Below are positions 61,598 through 64,000 of a stretch of DNA of 64,000 bases, piece by piece (within the stretch, counting starts at the first letter, position 1; every line of letters starts with the position of its first letter). Below the pieces are notes generated by a model that saw only the letters and a list, made by a program, of their open reading frames with translations, had not been told where the DNA came from and searched no databases. The position numbers and the translations under genes are program-made. This stretch comes from Zootoca vivipara (lineage: Eukaryota): contig NC_083287.1 in the NCBI RefSeq assembly GCF_963506605.1, positions 18,476,001-18,540,000 of the forward strand, written 5' to 3'.

Positions 61598-63725
61598 CTT
61601 TATAGCAATCTGTAAAAAAAAAAAAAAAAAAAACCAACACTCCTGCAGTGATTTTTTTTAAAAAGTTGGTTTAATTTATAATCAAATTTCTTAATTGTAA
61701 ATCATTTAAACCTTTTTCAACTGAATAACTCAATCTGGATTTATATGTTTACATTACAAAATGTTTGCTTCTCATATACCTAGGATATGTTGCTGTCCCA
61801 CAAAGAAATGGATCTTTATAAGATACTTTAAAGCATCTTTGGTTTTCAGTATGAAACTTCTTTGTATAAACTAGCAATTCTTTTAAAGGAATTAACTTAT
61901 CCTCATGTTTATCTCCATGTAGCACAGCATGATTCCACACCACCAACAGCATTTTAAATAGCCAGAGGGATGAGTAACTCCCTTAATCTGTACAGAGCTA
62001 AAGAAAAAAATTCTTAAAGCTGTATTTTGAAAGAGTCTTTTTGAGCCATCTATTCTTTTGCATGCTGAAAAAGCTATTAAGAATGGTGTATTATAATAAA
62101 AACAAAGCAAATAAATAATAAAAATGAATTCTTCAATTGGCTATAGCAAAGACTGAAAGGTGTACAGTTTGCTAGCACTTCTTGTGAGCTTAAAGGCACT
62201 GAAGATAAACATCTGTACAACTCATCTATTCCCAAATGGCAGAATGGTGATTGTTCATTTCTGCGAAAACATTTCATTTTTGTGAGCCCCTGCTGCTACA
62301 AGAAGCATTAACTGAAGCAGTATTACTACAGAATACTTCTAAAGGTGCAATTTGCATTAGGACAAAATCTGATATTTGAATGCTTTCCAGGAGAAGATTT
62401 AATTGCAAGTAAACAAGGATGCTTCCTCTCCCCTTCAGTTTATAGAAGGGTAGATATATTAATCTGTTGTGGCAAAAATAACAAAGCTTTTGCATACCAT
62501 GGAAGTATTTATCATTATGAATATATATGCCACAAGACTATTGTCTACTAGCTTTCCCAGGTTAGGCAAAAAGGTGCAGATAGCTTGAAGAGGAAAACCA
62601 GTGCACCAGTGCCTGAGAGGCAATATAAAACGGGGGGAAATGGCCTTGCCTCATTGATATGATTTTCAGGTATCTTCTGTCCGTGTTAAATGAGACAGAG
62701 GAGTCAGGAGTTTCCTGGGGATACAGTTCTGCCTCAAAAAGGGATGTTCAATATAGCAGCAGTTTACCTCCTTTCTTAAACTGGGATTGAAGAGAAAGAG
62801 AAAGTTCCAAATTCAATGGGACAATTATGAGAATCTCTCAGAAAACTATTACTATAGGTAAAATGTCAAAATATAATTATTATCCTGCCACAGAACAAGT
62901 CCATTGATTTGGCCATTTATTCATGATAAATGGATGTCACTGAGAAGAAAGGTTAAAAAGAAAGGAGTTCAGAATAATGACACTGCATCCTATTTATTGC
63001 AACAGTGCCAAACACAGCATTAAATATCTATTTCTATATTTCAAGTCTAGACAGATGCTATAAGAGACCCATAAAACTATGTTACACTCTTTAATATGTT
63101 GCTACAATGGCTGCTTCCAAGAGAAATTCAGGTAAGAGCAGCTTTGGGTGCATTCATAATTTTCATAGTGGCATGCTATTGACAGTTGAGTTAACACTTA
63201 CTTGCCCGTTTAACTAGCTTTTTGCATCAGTAGAGCACTGTATGGCAGTTCACATCTGGATTTATTACCCTTGCTTACTCCTGAAACTTGTTTATGGTTC
63301 ATTTACTCATCATATGGATAATGAGACCAAATATTTTAAGAATATCTGAGTACGGGAGACAGTCTTACTGCAAGGAACTGGGCTACACAATCTGGAAATC
63401 CCTTTCGGTTAAGCAACTTTATCACTATATATAAGAAAATATACGCAATTGGGGGGAGTGTAAGGGGAGAGGCAGTACCTCTGGCATGCTTGGAAATTGT
63501 CCTCTCACCAACACGAAACCAAACCTTAAATTCTGGAACTGCTAACCAACAATATACAATCTATCAGTGATGCAACAGAGGTGGAGGACTAAGTCTGCCA
63601 ATTTATACATACACTTATGTAGAAGTCCCATTGAACTTAATCAAAATTATTTTTCTGCATAGTAACAAAAATGATACTCTGTGAAAAGGCAAGCAAACAT
63701 GCATGGATTTTCTATTAAGAGAGTA

Positions 63726-63870
63726 CAGTCGTACCTCGGAAGTCGACTTCCGATACGTTCGTAAACCAAGGTGCAGCTTCCGATTGGTTTCCAATTGTGC
63801 AGGCACGCTGGAAACAATAGCGGAAGCCATACAGGACGTTCGGCTTTGGGAAAAATGTTCGAAAACACTT
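63726..63870. mobile_element. Tigger-like MITE fragment
   Basis: TA-CAGTCGTACCTCGGAAG; homologous to 5764-5990. Confidence 0.6.
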
Positions 63871-64000
63871 GACTCCTAAGGCAAGTTGTTTCCTGCCAAG
63901 CTTTTTTTGGAAATTTTAAAAACCACAGCTCTTTTTATTAAAAAGAAGAAGAAGGTTATTGTTGGGATTCTTCTGAGATATTTTAAAAGATAAATGATAT

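Overview
This is vertebrate genomic DNA from a squamate reptile, probably a lacertid lizard (Sauria SINEs, tRNA/CR1-tail SINEs, lizard-type MITEs). The only host gene is UBE2E2 on the minus strand: its last three coding exons and 3' UTR lie at 7.1-14.2 kb, and everything above 14.2 kb is probably one long intron full of transposons. The main feature is an 8.08-kb Ngaro-type (DIRS order) tyrosine-recombinase retrotransposon at 33722-41800, antisense to the host gene. It has identical split direct repeats (A1-ORFs-B1-A2-spacer-B2), a 4-bp ACAA core at all three junctions, a broken gag, an RT lacking its catalytic core, and intact RNase H, recombinase and SGNH-hydrolase frames. Its non-coding parts are unusually organised: a covarying array of nine hairpins interleaved with 5' splice sites inside a long-range-paired B repeat, frame-compatible splice acceptors before each downstream ORF, inverted motifs symmetric about the junction, and CTCF-like sites. 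Also notable are a complete 2.1-kb L1-mobilised element with an orphan acidic ORF, Penelope minimal hammerhead ribozymes, and one SINE tail carrying three different tRNA heads. All analysis was by eye; family names are recalled from memory and need database confirmation.
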